Numbered from the stretch's first letter, positions 12,891 to 25,849 are shown. The stretch: DNA of 64,000 nt from Mustelus asterias (GCF_964213995.1 NC_135814.1:75206001-75270000), one strand, 5' to 3'. The notes: generated by a model not told the origin, from the sequence alone. Numbers and translations: made by a program.

Positions 12891-15800
12891 CTGGTTTATG
12901 CGTTTAAAAGCTCTGGAAGTGGGATTTGAATCTATAATCTCCTGTTTCTGCTGTTAATTTCTGAGCCAAGCCTGACAATAATAGATGCTTGGTTTTCAAT
13001 TAACTGTACAGAATGATTCCACAGATAAAAATAGGTACTTAATATATGGCTTTAAAATAGGGACTGAATTACATTTGTGTGCCAGTTCAACATCCCCACT
13101 TTACCTCTCAAGTACAATTGATCAGGTCAACCTGTACACATTACATGAGTGTGATCAGTGTATTTAAAAATTATAACCATCCAATTAATATTGTAGTAAG
13201 ACACTAATGTTACTGATTTGGTCAGCCTTGCATGACAAACTGAAACAAGTTTTCATTGGGCAGCCCTTTTATTCTCTACATTTTATTTTGTGTCTTTTTC
13301 CCTTCCATGAAGTTGGGTCCCAATCTGCTCAGCCAGTATTTTTAATCTTATCTGAATCTTCCCTTCTAATTGTCACACACCATTCAGATCAACCTGCTTA
13401 GATGCTCCCTTTCCCAAGATCTGATAATGCATTCCTCAGCTCCATGCTCCACTCACCAACCCAAACTGTGCACGGCCATACAAATTTTACTCATGTAGTA
13501 CTCAAGGATGACATGTTGACCGTAGGTATTTAGTAGTCGAAGGTGGAAAGGATTTTTCTCATTTGGGGGTGCAATCCACCTTTCTCTTAAAAATTCCCAT
13601 CACAGGATATATGTAGAGGTAAAGAAACTAAAGTAAATTTTCCCCTCATGATCATCAATATGGACCGGATTAGTTAATGAAATTAAAATTTTATGAAATT
13701 ACAATTTTTACTTTTCTATTTGTTTCCATACATACAGCTAATTACACCCACATTCTTAATTAAGGCTTATTTTTAAGTAGGTCTAATTTTACAGTAAGTC
13801 TATAATACAGCATAAATGACAAGTTAAAGACAATGGATTTTAACCCACAATAACAGTGAGAAATATTTAACCAAAATACCACAATTCCAGTAACCGCAAA
13901 ACAAAAACTACTTCTTTCATGCAGAGATCAACAAAATAATTCTGTCCATGTATAAAATGGATTGCATTCTTTTCTTTTGCCTCTACAGTTAAAATATTTC
14001 CTGCACCAATGCAGTTTTGTATTTATAGTCATAACACAACCAACATTCACTGAAATTGACAAAAGTTATTTGCAAATGTAAAGTATTCAGTATTCCATCC
14101 ACTACCTGATGATGCATAACCAACAATGACAATTTTTCTTCACTATACAACTAACCAGGGGCTTCCTGTTAACCCGATTGTATATTCTGCACTAGTGGAC
14201 AGAAGTAACAGTCCTGAAATTTCCTACCCAAAATGCAGCATTTATAAGGAAACAAGACTCCGTTTAAAAACTGGGTTCAAATCTAAATTTTTGATGAGAA
14301 CTCTGACAATTTTACCACTTTACAAAATGAATTAGATACACCTGAAAAATTAATTTACTGGGTTTTTCTCAACATTCTCATGACTCCCAACAATTGGATT
14401 ATCTCAGTTTGAAATTATATAGTACAGGACAACCACATAAAAAGCACAAGAATGATCCAATTGAAAATGGCATAGGTAGAGCCCCTCCCCCTACAATAGT
14501 TCAGTAAGGAATGCACCGTATACTCAGTCATTTTCACCAATTTCGATCTCCATTAAAATGGTGGTGATAAAATGCTACCATTGGTCTTAATATTCCAACC
14601 AAATGGGATGAAAAAAAGCCAGGATTCTCATTCTTGGTCAAATTGTATAGACATGTGCACCCATAAATCACAATCGTGCTGTCCTCCAATTTCACCCAGT
14701 TTTACATAAAAATAAAAAGCTACTTGAGCAAAACAGTCTCAGTCATGAGGGGCTTTGCAGTCCTATATGAGGATGATTAAAAGTTAAGAATGAAAAAAAA
14801 CAGGAAGCAATTAGTTTTTGCCCATCTAGAATAACAGAGGAACTGACATGAGAAAGTAAAATTGCATTAAACATTGATAAAATCTGCATCGATATTTTTC
14901 AAAAAATGTTTATTCCCATATTCTCAACAAAAACCTCTACAATACTTGTTCCAATAAAAAAGCACCAGGAGGCACCAATACAGAGAGATGCATTTATTAA
15001 AACACCAAGTTCACCTGCACTAAATTACTTGAATGAAACAGAAGATACAAGCCTGCTAGTTGTGGATATCATGTGAACCTGACCACATAACTAACGAGTG
15101 ACGAGTTAATCATGTTGGCTGGATTCGCAAGTTATTAAATTCAGACTGCAATCAAATCTTAATATGCCAGAGTGGGATCATAACTTTAATCCTGAAGTTC
15201 ATAGTGTGGTAGCTTTATGCTACTAGATATAACCAAAGGATTTATAAATATTACACGATAGAGAATGTAAAGTATTTACAACATAAGCTAGAGCAATTTA
15301 ATGGCAGTGAAACAGTATCCCTTGAGGAATTAGCCAACACTTAATGTCACTGCTAACTAGTTATGAAAAATGCAGATAATCTTAAAATACCTGGACCAAA
15401 ATATATCAAACATGTTTTTAACCTTCATGGAGCTTTTTATAATTGGTAACCATTTGTTTTTCTACTTACTTTTTAACTCCATGGGCCAGGAACCACAGTG
15501 TAAGTCTCCTATTGTTCATTAACAGTGACATAGTTTTCACAGAAGGCTTATCACACGACTAGGACACTAACATTCCACTGGGATAAATAGCCATTTTCAA
15601 GCTTGCAGTGACACAGATTTCAGAAATTGATTAGTTCACTTATGGTTTTCAACCTGTCAATTTGATTGCAGATGGTTTAATTCAGAGTAGGGGTCACTAT
15701 TTGTCCTGATTAGGACAGTTCTTGCACAAGTAATAATCTTACATATTTTCTCACAAGTTAACTCTGAAGACCTTTGTCACAACTGTAGAAAAAGTTGTGC

Positions 15801-15983
15801 AAAGTGAACCATTATATTTTAGCAAAAGTAGAAAAGATGCATTTGGTCATGTAAAGAAAGTGGGGAAATGAAACTGCCATACAAAAATTAATGTGATCTT
15901 TGTTTGAAAATCAGCTGATTTGAAACTTATGAAAAAAACCTCAAAAATAACTTGAGAAATATAAACTGGACTCAGACTTTTTG

Positions 15984-15989
15984 TTTATT
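15984..15989 (-). promoter_or_regulatory. likely proximal poly(A) signal AATAAA of SF3B1
   Basis: AATAAA about 345 nt after the stop, preceded by ATTCCTTGTGTTAAGGG, which resembles the recalled end of the mammalian SF3B1 3' UTR. Confidence 0.6.
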
Positions 15990-16333
15990 TTTTTGTTAGA
16001 AACAACCCCTTAACACAAGGAATTTAACTTAAATCTCAATAAAGACATTCAAATGAATTGTAAATTGAGTATTCACCATCCTGTTGGTCACTATAAGATT
16101 TAGTTACTTAACATCAAGAACAAGTAATGAGACAAGAAGGCTTATGTCCCATTTGAAATAAAATTGTGCTACTAGCCCTATCCACTTACTACTTTACAAT
16201 CTTCTCCAACAAGATGATAATGTTTGTATTCAAACTCTCATCACATCACATCCAAAGCACAGCATAAGATTGGGCAATAATAATGCAGCAAATAGCAGAC
16301 AACAAAGACTATGCAGTGAATGTTAACCCCGTT

Positions 16334-16492
16334 TTATAAGATGTAGTCAAGTTCATAACGGACATGTGTATTCTTTTCATCATTGAAGATCCTTGGATAA
16401 TGTGCAATTAGGGCATCCTGCGAGCCAATGTAGATGGAGTTGTAAATCTTCCAGTACACATCACGCACTTTTCTAGCTGGATGAAACAAGCC
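16334..16492 (-). CDS. SF3B1: SF3B1 exon 25 coding part (159 nt, includes TAA)
   Basis: [52 protein letters not shown]. Confidence 0.96.
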   Translation of the reverse strand, partial: GLFHPARKVRDVYWKIYNSIYIGSQDALIAHYPRIFNDEKNTHVRYELDYIL

Positions 16493-17171
16493 CTATTAGG
16501 AAAGAAGGAAAATATTATAACTGTTCTGATTGACCAATAGGGATATCAGTACTGGGAAAACATGTTTAAACACAAACATTTTTTGCAGTTATAATTTTGA
16601 GATTTCGAAGAGAATTATATTTTGGGGCTGCAGCTTTAAATTTAGGGTAAATGAAGGGGTCATGTGACCTATTCTGAAATCTGCCTGACAATAAATCTGT
16701 GTAGTTTGATTGTTAGAGATCCAAGGAATGCTCAGATTGTTTTACTGAAAAGGTGCAAGGTATTTATGCTTGGAGACATTGGCAGAAGTCTTTGAGTTTC
16801 CCATAGACTCTTTCTGGAAGTCCCCAGAAAGATGTTGTTGTTATCGGGTTTTAAATAGTCATACTTGCAGTCATCCATTTACTTCTAAAGATGAAAGGAG
16901 TTGGGATCGAAGATAGCTAATCAGCATTTCTGCCTTGATGCAAGGTTTCATGTTGCCATGGGGAGGAAGGCAAAGGAATCCACTTTTGAGATCAGGTTAC
17001 AGACTTCCATACAAATCAATGAATATCACAGACAGCAAAGGTTCTGTGTGGTCATTAGAGAGAGGAGACTCCTTAGCTTTGTGGGATACCACAGTTGGAT
17101 GCAGGAGGGGGGAGAAAGTCTCCAGTCAAAAAGACACATCCTGCGATCTTTTACGGATTCTGAGAGATTTG

Positions 17172-17477
17172 TTCTGGCATGGCTGGGGGAAGAATCACAG
17201 TAAGAAGTCTCACAACACCAGGTTAAAGTCCAACAGGTTTATTTGGTAGCAAAAGCCACCAGCTTTCAGAGCGCTGCCCCTTCATCAGGTGAGTGGGAGT
17301 TCTATTCACAAACAGGGCATATAAAGACACAAACTCAATTTATAAAATAATGGTTGGAATGCGGGTCTTTACAGGTAATCAAGTCTTAAAAGGTACAGAC
17401 AATGTGAGTGGAGAGAGCGTTAAGCACAGCATCTCCACATCATGACTACCATTGACACCGCAGCATCTCCACATCAG
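17172..17477 (-). mobile_element. Penelope-like element terminal-repeat fragment with degenerate hammerhead
   Basis: taagaagtctcacaacacca... shared with 20430 and 29640; minus strand CTGATGA...GAAAGCTG at 17292-17257. Confidence 0.75.
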
Positions 17478-18498
17478 AAGAAGAATCATCAGAGCAGACT
17501 TTCTTACTGGTAGTGGATTTAAGAAGCTCTCAGAAAACGGAGGAAAGTGCCTGAAGACACTACTCAGTGAAATGGGGATACAGGACCCACTAGAAGCTGG
17601 AAGGAACTGTGGGACTGTTTGCGAAAACGGCTGTGATTCCATGGAGAGTGCATTGGGTGATGAGCATAAAAGGGGAATGTTCCTCTCTGTGGTTTAAGTA
17701 TAAATTGCCTATAAAATTAAGTGTTCAGTCAAAAACACTTAGTAATTTGTTACAGTAAGTTTTAAAACAAAATCTCGACATATCATTCTTTCAGCGATTA
17801 ACTGGAAGTTCAAATTGCTTTTTAAATGTTAGTGGTCTCAAAGTTCAAGACAAGGAAGTTTCTGGAAGTATATTTCTCTCTGCTCAATAATGCTAACAAA
17901 GTTCCATGCAATTATAAAGTGGATTTATTGTTGTGTTTAAAAAGAGAAGCCTAGTGGTACTGGTGGATCAAATCAGACTGGGAGAGTGATATAATCTAAA
18001 TGCAGCACTTCAATTTATTACACTTTAGTTCCTCAAAATAGTTTTGCTTTTATAACACTTTTCTAAAACTTCCCAACAGTGAAAGACTGGGTTAGTTAAC
18101 CTGGATTGCTTTTATGTTTTCCAATTTACTCTGACATTAGTTTCAAAAGAAATATATTTGTAACTTTGAGCCAGCATTGTAGTATTTCACAAAATGACAG
18201 GATATGGGTTTGTATCCAAGACAAATTGTTAACCTTAGGTTTGCTACTTTGAGAAGGCTGGGCAGTTCTCCAGAGTGAGGGAAAAATTTAACACCTTGAC
18301 CATCTTGGCACCTTCCTCTTAAGTCATTCTCACATGACTCTGGAGACAACCCAGGAGAAACCGTGAACGCCATGCTTTCAACAAGAGAAGCTGCAGGTCT
18401 GTTACATCAAGGTCATGGGAAAACAGTAGACTACAAGTATTTGCATGTGGAACAAATCCAATTCAAGTACAAGGTTAGAAGCAGTGTGTTGAACTTGC

Positions 18499-18715
18499 CT
18501 GTAAACAATACTGTAGCATTCTGCAAGGACCTAATGCAACCCTTAAACCTTCCAATGCCCCCATAACTGCCTGGATAACATGTGGTGATGTCTCAAAAAC
18601 ATTGGGCCACACATAGTTTAACAAGTGATTCAGTGCATCTTCACAGCCAAATCCATATACTCCCAGGGACATATGCTGCACAACTGCACTTGCTGTCTGT
18701 CTGTGAACCAGGTCT
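18499..18715 (-). CDS. SF3B1: SF3B1 exon 24 (217 nt), GC donor
   Basis: [27 protein letters not shown]...MLQYCLQ|gcaagt. Confidence 0.93.
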
Positions 18716-19445
18716 CTACAGTGGGAAAAAAATATTGATTAGTCATGAAAAGATCACGTTTTAAATGTCTTAGCCAGGTATATTGCAATAAAAATATTTA
18801 AATTCATGCTTCAACATCTAAGATACCATAAAAACATTTTCCACTGAAACTGCAATTAGAAGCATATGCTTGCTTGTACAAAAGCCCGGTTTCTCATTAA
18901 CAACTTTGGGAGGGGAAAGGAAAGAGAATTAACAAAATTATTCAATTAATTAATTACAAGGAGTTCATGTAAATCTTTTAAACAAATAGTGAGGGGTAGG
19001 AATTTGAAGTGAATAATGAAAATTTAGTCGGGGAACTTGGGGACAGGAAAATCAGCTGAGGGACAGAAACAATTAAAGGTCCGTAGATCTGGCCAATCTG
19101 TGAATATGCAAGAATGTAGGTGGTGGAATTCCACGCGAGTTGGGAGTTTAAACAAGTTAGAGCTCGTTGTAAAGATCGAGCTGCAGCGGAGCCTAGATGG
19201 ATGATGCTTCAGAGATGGGGTAACATTCATCTTAATGAACTAGATGTGGCTCACAACAGGACACAGAGGTGATGGAAACGGTTAAACTTGAGTTGGAATG
19301 GTGATGAATTGGTAACTAAGGAAATGAGCTACTGGTAAAGACCAAAAAAGATGTTGGTAATCTTCCCAAAGTCAAACTCCAAGAAATATTGGTTCATTCA
19401 CAAGTTGGACAAGTACAGTAACTGTCGTTAGCAAGGCTAATGTTC

Positions 19446-19807
19446 AGCTGGACGGCATGGACAAGTTGGACCGAAGGGCCTGTTTCCGTGTTGTAAACTT
19501 CTATGACTCCAAGTGCTGTCTTTATCTTAAAATTTAAAAAAATCATGCATGTCTATTGAGACATAGGAACATCAGACTTTGGAGCAGGAGAAGGCCATTG
19601 ATCCCCTTGAGCCTGCTCCACCAATTGAATGGTGGAGCAGGCTCAAGGGGATCAATGGCCTTCTCCTGCTCCAAAGTCTGATGTTCCTACGTCTCAATAG
19701 ACATGCATGATTTTTTTAAATTTTAAGATAAAGACAGCACTTGGAGTCATAGAAGTTTACAACATGGAAACAGGCCCTTCGGTCCAACTTGTCCATGCCG
19801 TCCAGCT
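19446..19807. repeat. 178-bp near-perfect inverted repeat with 6-nt loop
   Basis: arms 19446-19623 and 19630-19807 are reverse complements with 2 mismatches. Confidence 0.97.
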
Positions 19808-20150
19808 TTTACCACTAAGCTGGTCCCAATTGCCTGCATTTGGCCCATATCCCTCTATACCCATCTTACTCATGTAGCTGTGTCCAAATGGTTTTTAAAA
19901 AGACAAAATTGTACCTGCCTTTACTACTGCCTCTGGCAGTTTGTTCCAGACAATCACCACCCTCAGTGAAAAAATTGCCCCTCTGGACCCTTTTGTATCT
20001 CTCTCATCTCACTTTAAACCTATGCCCTCTAGTTTTGGACTCGACTGCCTTTGGGAAAAGAGGTTGACTATCTACTTCATCTATGCCCCTCATTATTTTA
20101 TAGACCTCTATAAGATCACCCCTATGCTCCAGGGAAAAAGTCCCAGTCTT
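19745..20150 (-). mobile_element. CR1 3' end fragment
   Basis: similar to the plus-strand copy ending near 52384. Confidence 0.8.
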
Positions 20151-20480
20151 GTAGCTAAAACATAACAGTATAGCCATCTATCCATTTTTTTTTATAAAAA
20201 GCTTTCAAAACACAATATTTACTTGCAAGTATATAGCTATATTTTGCAATCAAATGTCTCATTCAACTGCCAGTAGAACACAGATGGCTATTCAATGTCT
20301 ATGTTGCCTGTTCTCATGCAAATGACTGAAGTAACAAGTCTGGCTCCAAAGGCAATAAAATTAGCTCAGTACACAACTGCCAAGATGCAATGATGATGTG
20401 GGGATGCCAGCATTGGACTGGGGTGGGCACAATAAGAAGTCTCACAACACCATGTTAAAATCCACCAGATTTATTTGGAA

Positions 20481-20517
20481 TCACAAGCTTTCGGAGCGCT
20501 GCTCCTTCATCAGGTGA
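20481..20517 (-). ncRNA. minimal type I hammerhead ribozyme motif (Penelope-associated)
   Basis: UCAC-CUGAUGA-A-GGAGC-AGC-GCUCC-GAAA-GC-UU-GUGA: helix I UCAC/GUGA, helix II 5 bp, palindromic AAGCUU helix III. Confidence 0.75.
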
Positions 20518-21504
20518 GTAGAAGTAGGTTCACAAACACGGCATATACAGGCAAAGACACAATTGCAAGATAATTACAGATTGGAATGTGAAGAGTGATT
20601 GGAATGCGAGTTTTTACAGGTAATCAAGTCTTTACAGGTACAAATACTGTGCGTGGACAGGTTAAAGGTGTGCGAATTGTCTTAAGTCAGGACAGTTAGT
20701 TGGATTTTGCAAACCTAGGCAGTATGGTGGGGGTTACATGTAGTGTGACATGAACCCAATGTCCTGATTGAGGCCGTCCTCCTGCGTGCGAAACTTGGCT
20801 ATCAGTTTCTGCTCAGCGATTCGGTGTTCAAACAACCGCCCAACCTCAGGCAGACCATTGTTCGCAGCAAACTACCCAGCCTTCAGGAGAACAGTGACCA
20901 TAACACCACAAACCCTGCCACAGCAACCTCATCAACGTGGATACCACCATCACATGTGAGAATACCACCCATCAGGTACACAGTACATACTCATGCGATT
21001 TGGCCAATGTTGTCTACCTCACACGCTGCAGGAAAGGATGTCCTGAGGCATGGTACAACGGCGAGACCATGCAAACGCAACGACAACGGATGAATGGACA
21101 TCGCGGAACAATTGCCAGACAGGAGTGTTCCCTTCCAGTTGGGGAACACTTCAGCAATCAAAGGCCTCCGATCTTCAGGTAAGCCTTCAAAACACATGAC
21201 AATGCAGAATCGCCGAGCAGAAACTGATAGCCAAGTTCCGCACGCATGAGGACAGCCTCAACCGGGATCTTGGGTTCATGTTATATTACATGTAACCCCT
21301 ACCATACTGCCTGACCTTGGAAAATCCTACTAACCATCCTGGCTTGAGGCAATTCACAACTCTTTAACCTGTAATTATCCCTCTCTCCACACACAGTTTG
21401 CACCTGTAAAGACTCGCATTTCAATCATTCTTCACATTCCAATCTGCAATTACCTTGCAATTGCTACTTTGCTGACATATGCCATGTTTGTGAATCTACC
21501 TCCA

Positions 21505-21541
21505 CTCCCTGATGAAGGAGCAGCGCTCCGAAAGCTCGTAA
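21505..21541 (+). ncRNA. hammerhead motif in the opposite Penelope repeat (helix I damaged)
   Basis: CTGATGA-A-GGAGC-AGC-GCTCC-GAAA-GCTC. Confidence 0.6.
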
Positions 21542-22212
21542 TTCCAAATAAACTTGTTAGGCTTTAACCTGGTGTTGTGAGACTTCTTAAGGTGCAATAA
21601 ATCAGAGACCAACGAGGTTCAATTTTAATTAAACGCAGAGTTAATCAGTTCTGGCTGGGTCAGTGGCATAAAACTAATCTCAGCATCTCCAGGGTAGGGA
21701 GCAGAAGAATAAAACTTTCAGACTTTTCACTTCAGTGACCCCTGGTAGAATCATAAATTAATGTTTAGATCAGGGGAGGACAAAATTAAGACCCTGCTGT
21801 CACTCTCACTGAATAGCCCAACACTCACTATCCAGAATGACAAACGGACAGTTGCCTGAAACATCAAAAAGCTCCCATCATCCATGAAATTACATCCTGG
21901 CGTTAGTCCACCTCAAGAATGGTGGTAAGGTGATTTCCTTTGAAATATTAGTGAAGTGACAAATCAACAATACATAAGAATAACTCCAAGCATGCTTTCA
22001 AATGGAAAACAATAATTTAAATATCACAAACGTTTTGGCAAACAATCACTAACAAGCTATTGAGATGACTTGTAGGTGTTTATGGATTACACCTGAATAT
22101 AATCCTTCCCTGGAACATAATCCTCCCCTCGAAAAAAAAAGTTTACTCTATGTCTGTGTAACAGTGGATTACTTGTATGTCTGTCATTATCAGCATTCAA
22201 AACTGAACTCAC

Positions 22213-22485
22213 CTGTCCATTAAAGCATCCTCAAGCAATGGTGTAACTGCATAAATATAATCTTTTCCCATTTCTCCAATGTACTCAAATAAGAATGAAA
22301 GCGATTTAAGTACACCATTCTGGACATTCAGTTCAGGAACTCTGTACTCATTCATCAAGGCAGGCAGCACAGTGAATGGTGAGCATGTTTCTGCCACAAT
22401 AGCAATAGCTACTGTAGTACAGACTCTGTTCTGACGTTCCTGAACCTTCAGGTTATTTAACAGTGTGGCCAGTACATCATGTGGA
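22213..22485 (-). CDS. SF3B1: SF3B1 exon 23 (273 nt)
   Basis: [29 protein letters not shown]...LLEDALMD. Confidence 0.95.
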
Positions 22486-22815
22486 CTGAAAGGAAATTAA
22501 ACAGCAAGGTGAAAGGTGCCATTTATATAAGTGGCAAATCATTGCCAAACAATATCAGAAATATCATTACCATTTCTATGCATCGTGACAGAAATTAAAC
22601 ATTTTCCTTCAAATACCAACATAACTGTATTTTAATTACTGAATATAAGACAAGAAAAACAATATTAGGCCCTCTATAGTAAAACAGAGATTTGCATCCA
22701 GCAATCTTAGCTGAAGTGAAGCAGATAACTACTGCTGCACAGAAAACACAACAAAAAACATTGAACAGAAACTTGTGCTCCATTGTTTGCTATAAAAAAT
22801 TCAAACTTAACTTAC

Positions 22816-22947
22816 CCAATAGCTTTAGCAATGTAGCCAAAAGTGTTTACAGTTGCCCTCCTGATGGCTTTTTTGTGTGCCTTCAAAAGTTCTAATAATT
22901 CAAAGCAAATCCTCATCCATTCACGAGCAGATACATACTCTGCCCCT
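22816..22947 (-). CDS. SF3B1: SF3B1 exon 22 (132 nt)
   Basis: [44 protein letters not shown]. Confidence 0.95.
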
Positions 22948-23210
22948 CTGAAGAAAAGATCCACTTATGTTTAGAAACAATGAATTGACATCACTATATA
23001 ATTTCTGATCAGTATAAAAAAGTTACAATTGAATTCCATTTCAACTTTTCAAAACACAGCAGACTCTAACTTGTTGGATTTTCTTTTAAATTATTTAAGG
23101 CTACCTAGATATAAATTCCAATCTTGTATTCTGGCATGCTCACATTTGGTCAGGTAAGAACGGAAACAATGGTCCAGTTTGGTTCTTACACTATTCCTTG
23201 ACAAGACAAA

Positions 23211-23526
23211 GGCACGGTGGCACAGTGGTTAGCACTGCTGCCTCACAGTACCAGGGACCCGGGTTCGATTCCCGGCTTGTGTCACTGTCTGTGCGTAGTC
23301 TGCACGTTCTCCCCGTCTGCATGGGTTTCCTCCGGTCCCTCCCACAGTCCAAAGATGTGGGGGTTAGGTGGATTGGCCATGCTAAATTGCCCCTTAGTGT
23401 CAGAGGGACTAGCTAGGGTAAACGCATGGGATTATGGGGATAGGGTCTGGGTGAGATTGCGGTCGGTGCAGACTCGATGGGCCGAATGGCCTCCTTCTGC
23501 ACTGTGGGGTTCTACGATTCTATGAT
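23211..23526 (+). mobile_element. HE1-type SINE
   Basis: A/B boxes (GGTTCGATTCC) and CR1/HER1-like tail ending ttctacgattctatg. Confidence 0.92.
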
Positions 23527-23575
23527 AACTTAGCAGTTCACTATTATTTAGACAAGTTGTGATAATTCCAATTAC

Positions 23576-23696
23576 CGATCTGCAATTCGTCCAACTAGGT
23601 CAATACAATTCTCCTGAACTTTCTCATGCCTGTTCTTCAGGATTGGAGTGAGGCGTGGAAGCAGATCCTTAATAGGTGGAGTCATCTTATGCATGC
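23576..23696 (-). CDS. SF3B1: SF3B1 exon 21 (121 nt)
   Basis: [40 protein letters not shown]. Confidence 0.95.
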
Positions 23697-23847
23697 CTGT
23701 ATATTAAAATTGAAGAAAAATATTTTGTAGTGGATTTTTACTTCATCTAACTTTAATTAAAATTTTAATAATCCAATATATTTTCATTCTCTCTAAATAA
23801 TATTTACTGTTACATATAACGTATACCTACTAATGTAATAGACATAC

Positions 23848-23959
23848 CTATAACATTAACAATAGCTTTAAGTGCTCCCAAGATGCTACCGAGAACCTCA
23901 GGGTACTCTTCACCAAGGTATTCATACAGCACGACACCCAAGTGGCCCATCAGTTTCTC
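23848..23959 (-). CDS. SF3B1: SF3B1 exon 20 (112 nt)
   Basis: [37 protein letters not shown]. Confidence 0.95.
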
Positions 23960-24067
23960 CTACAAATAAAAACTGTATGTTAATTCACATGATCTGGACT
24001 GGAAAAAGGCAAAATATACCCGAAATGAAATTCGTTCGCGTAGCCAGGTAAGTCAAATATTACAAAC

Positions 24068-24250
24068 CTCTTGACATGTCTTCATCACGACTGCAATTCG
24101 AGAGATTAAATCTGCAGCTTGCTGTCGCACTTTGGCTGATTTGTTGTTTAGACGCCACAATACTGTACCACAAATCTGGGGTAAATAGGGCTTCACTCGT
24201 TTACCTAATGCATTTACCACTGTACCAAAGCCATTCAACATTACAGAATC
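24068..24250 (-). CDS. SF3B1: SF3B1 exon 19 (183 nt)
   Basis: [28 protein letters not shown]...MKTCQE. Confidence 0.95.
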
Positions 24251-24610
24251 CTAGAAAAACACAAGGGTCATGAATACTAGGGCAAACATTTGAAAGAAAA
24301 TAATACACAAAAAAAACCTATGAAAATACGAGTTAGGAGCGGGAGAAAGCAACTTGGCTCCTCAAGCCTGCTCCACCATTCAATAAGATCATAGCAGATC
24401 TTACTGAACTTATACAATTGTTAATTTAAAGAAGGCATTGTAACATTCGAAAAAATATTGCAAAATCCTCTAAAACTCGAAAAGGGACAGAAATTAAATT
24501 TGCAGCCAGCATAATTTTGTATTGTATAGCTGTTTGGAAGAAACAAGATTTCTATTCAATCACTCAAAATATGCAAAAATTTGCAGTTTAATCTGATCAT
24601 AGATGCATAC

Positions 24611-24832
24611 CTCAGTAGTCTGTTCCTGGAAGGCATAGAGGATACCATCAATAAGCTGTTCTTCCAGTTTGTGGTCAATATCAGCAGCTCCCAAGTTACC
24701 CATAATCTTTTCAATGGTTTCCATCACCATTTTTCTGTATTGCTCAGCCTCATCTTTTAAATCATCAACTATTCTGGAGATTATTTCAGCTGCTCCAACT
24801 TTGTTTGCAAGTTCCACTGTGGTGTCTACCAA
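24611..24832 (-). CDS. SF3B1: SF3B1 exon 18 (222 nt)
   Basis: [18 protein letters not shown]...YAFQEQTTE. Confidence 0.95.
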
Positions 24833-25849
24833 CTATAGAGAATAGAAATATAAACAGTGTTATTGCAACTACTTAAACATGACTGTGGCATTTAAACTCT
24901 TTCTTAAACCAGTCAACAGATGATCTTAAACAGCTTAGCACTGTTGGATCCTTTCAAAAATATCTCAAAGAATGAACTAACAACTGAAAAGTTACATGTA
25001 GGTTACCAAAAATTTCCTCTCAACCTATATCTTCCTACAGCCTTCTGAAGCAATGAATCTTGCTCAGGTACAATTGCACTGGCAATGGCATTACAAGGTC
25101 AGTCTTCACAAGTTAAAACAAACAGTAAGTGTTAACATACTATTCCAATAGACAGAGCACAAAACCAAGCTCAATCCATGCTTCATCTGATGCCCAAACA
25201 TACACAATCCCAGGAAGTCATGGAAAAGCAATCCTGGCTCAACTTTCCTTTCCTTTTCACAGGACCTTTGAAGCCACCGAGCAGTATTTCTACAGTGATC
25301 AATCAGTCTTTAAGTTCTACGATTGACTTCTGACAATCAAAATATTGTTGAATGCAAGTTATAAAATACTGCTAAAAATAGTATGTATACTTAATAATTT
25401 AATAATTGGATAAGATAATGAGATTTAAAGCAGACAAATTTCAGGACCTGGTGATTTCCATCCTAGAGTATTAAAAGACACAGGTGTCAAGCAGGACATC
25501 ACAATAAGGAACAGGATCCCTCCAGCTATTTTTCCCCCCAACCCTAACCCATTTCAACACCCATGCTGTGCCCAGAATCTTCAGCCAAATCACCACACAG
25601 CAAGAGTTGGACCTTCCTGGTCCATGTGGTTCAGCTCATCATACCTGACTGAAATGACCTATCTGAAGGAATCTGTATCTGTGTTCAATTTAGAAAAAGC
25701 AATGCTGACTTTGATAGTTCGGAATTCTACATACCCCCACTGGAAATACCTGGAATTACACAGAATATATAGCATAGAAACAGCGAATCAACCCATCCGG
25801 TTTATGCTGGCATTTAAAATCTTCCTCATCTAACTCAAACATAAAAGAT

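Larger units (their letters stand above)
20391..21589 (+). mobile_element. Penelope-like element: GIY-YIG fragment between inverted terminal repeats
   Basis: YSCDLANVVYLTRCRKGCPEAWYNGETMQTQRQRMNGHR is a PLE GIY-YIG endonuclease signature; about 20430-20825 and about 21205-21589 are inverted copies. Confidence 0.85.
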
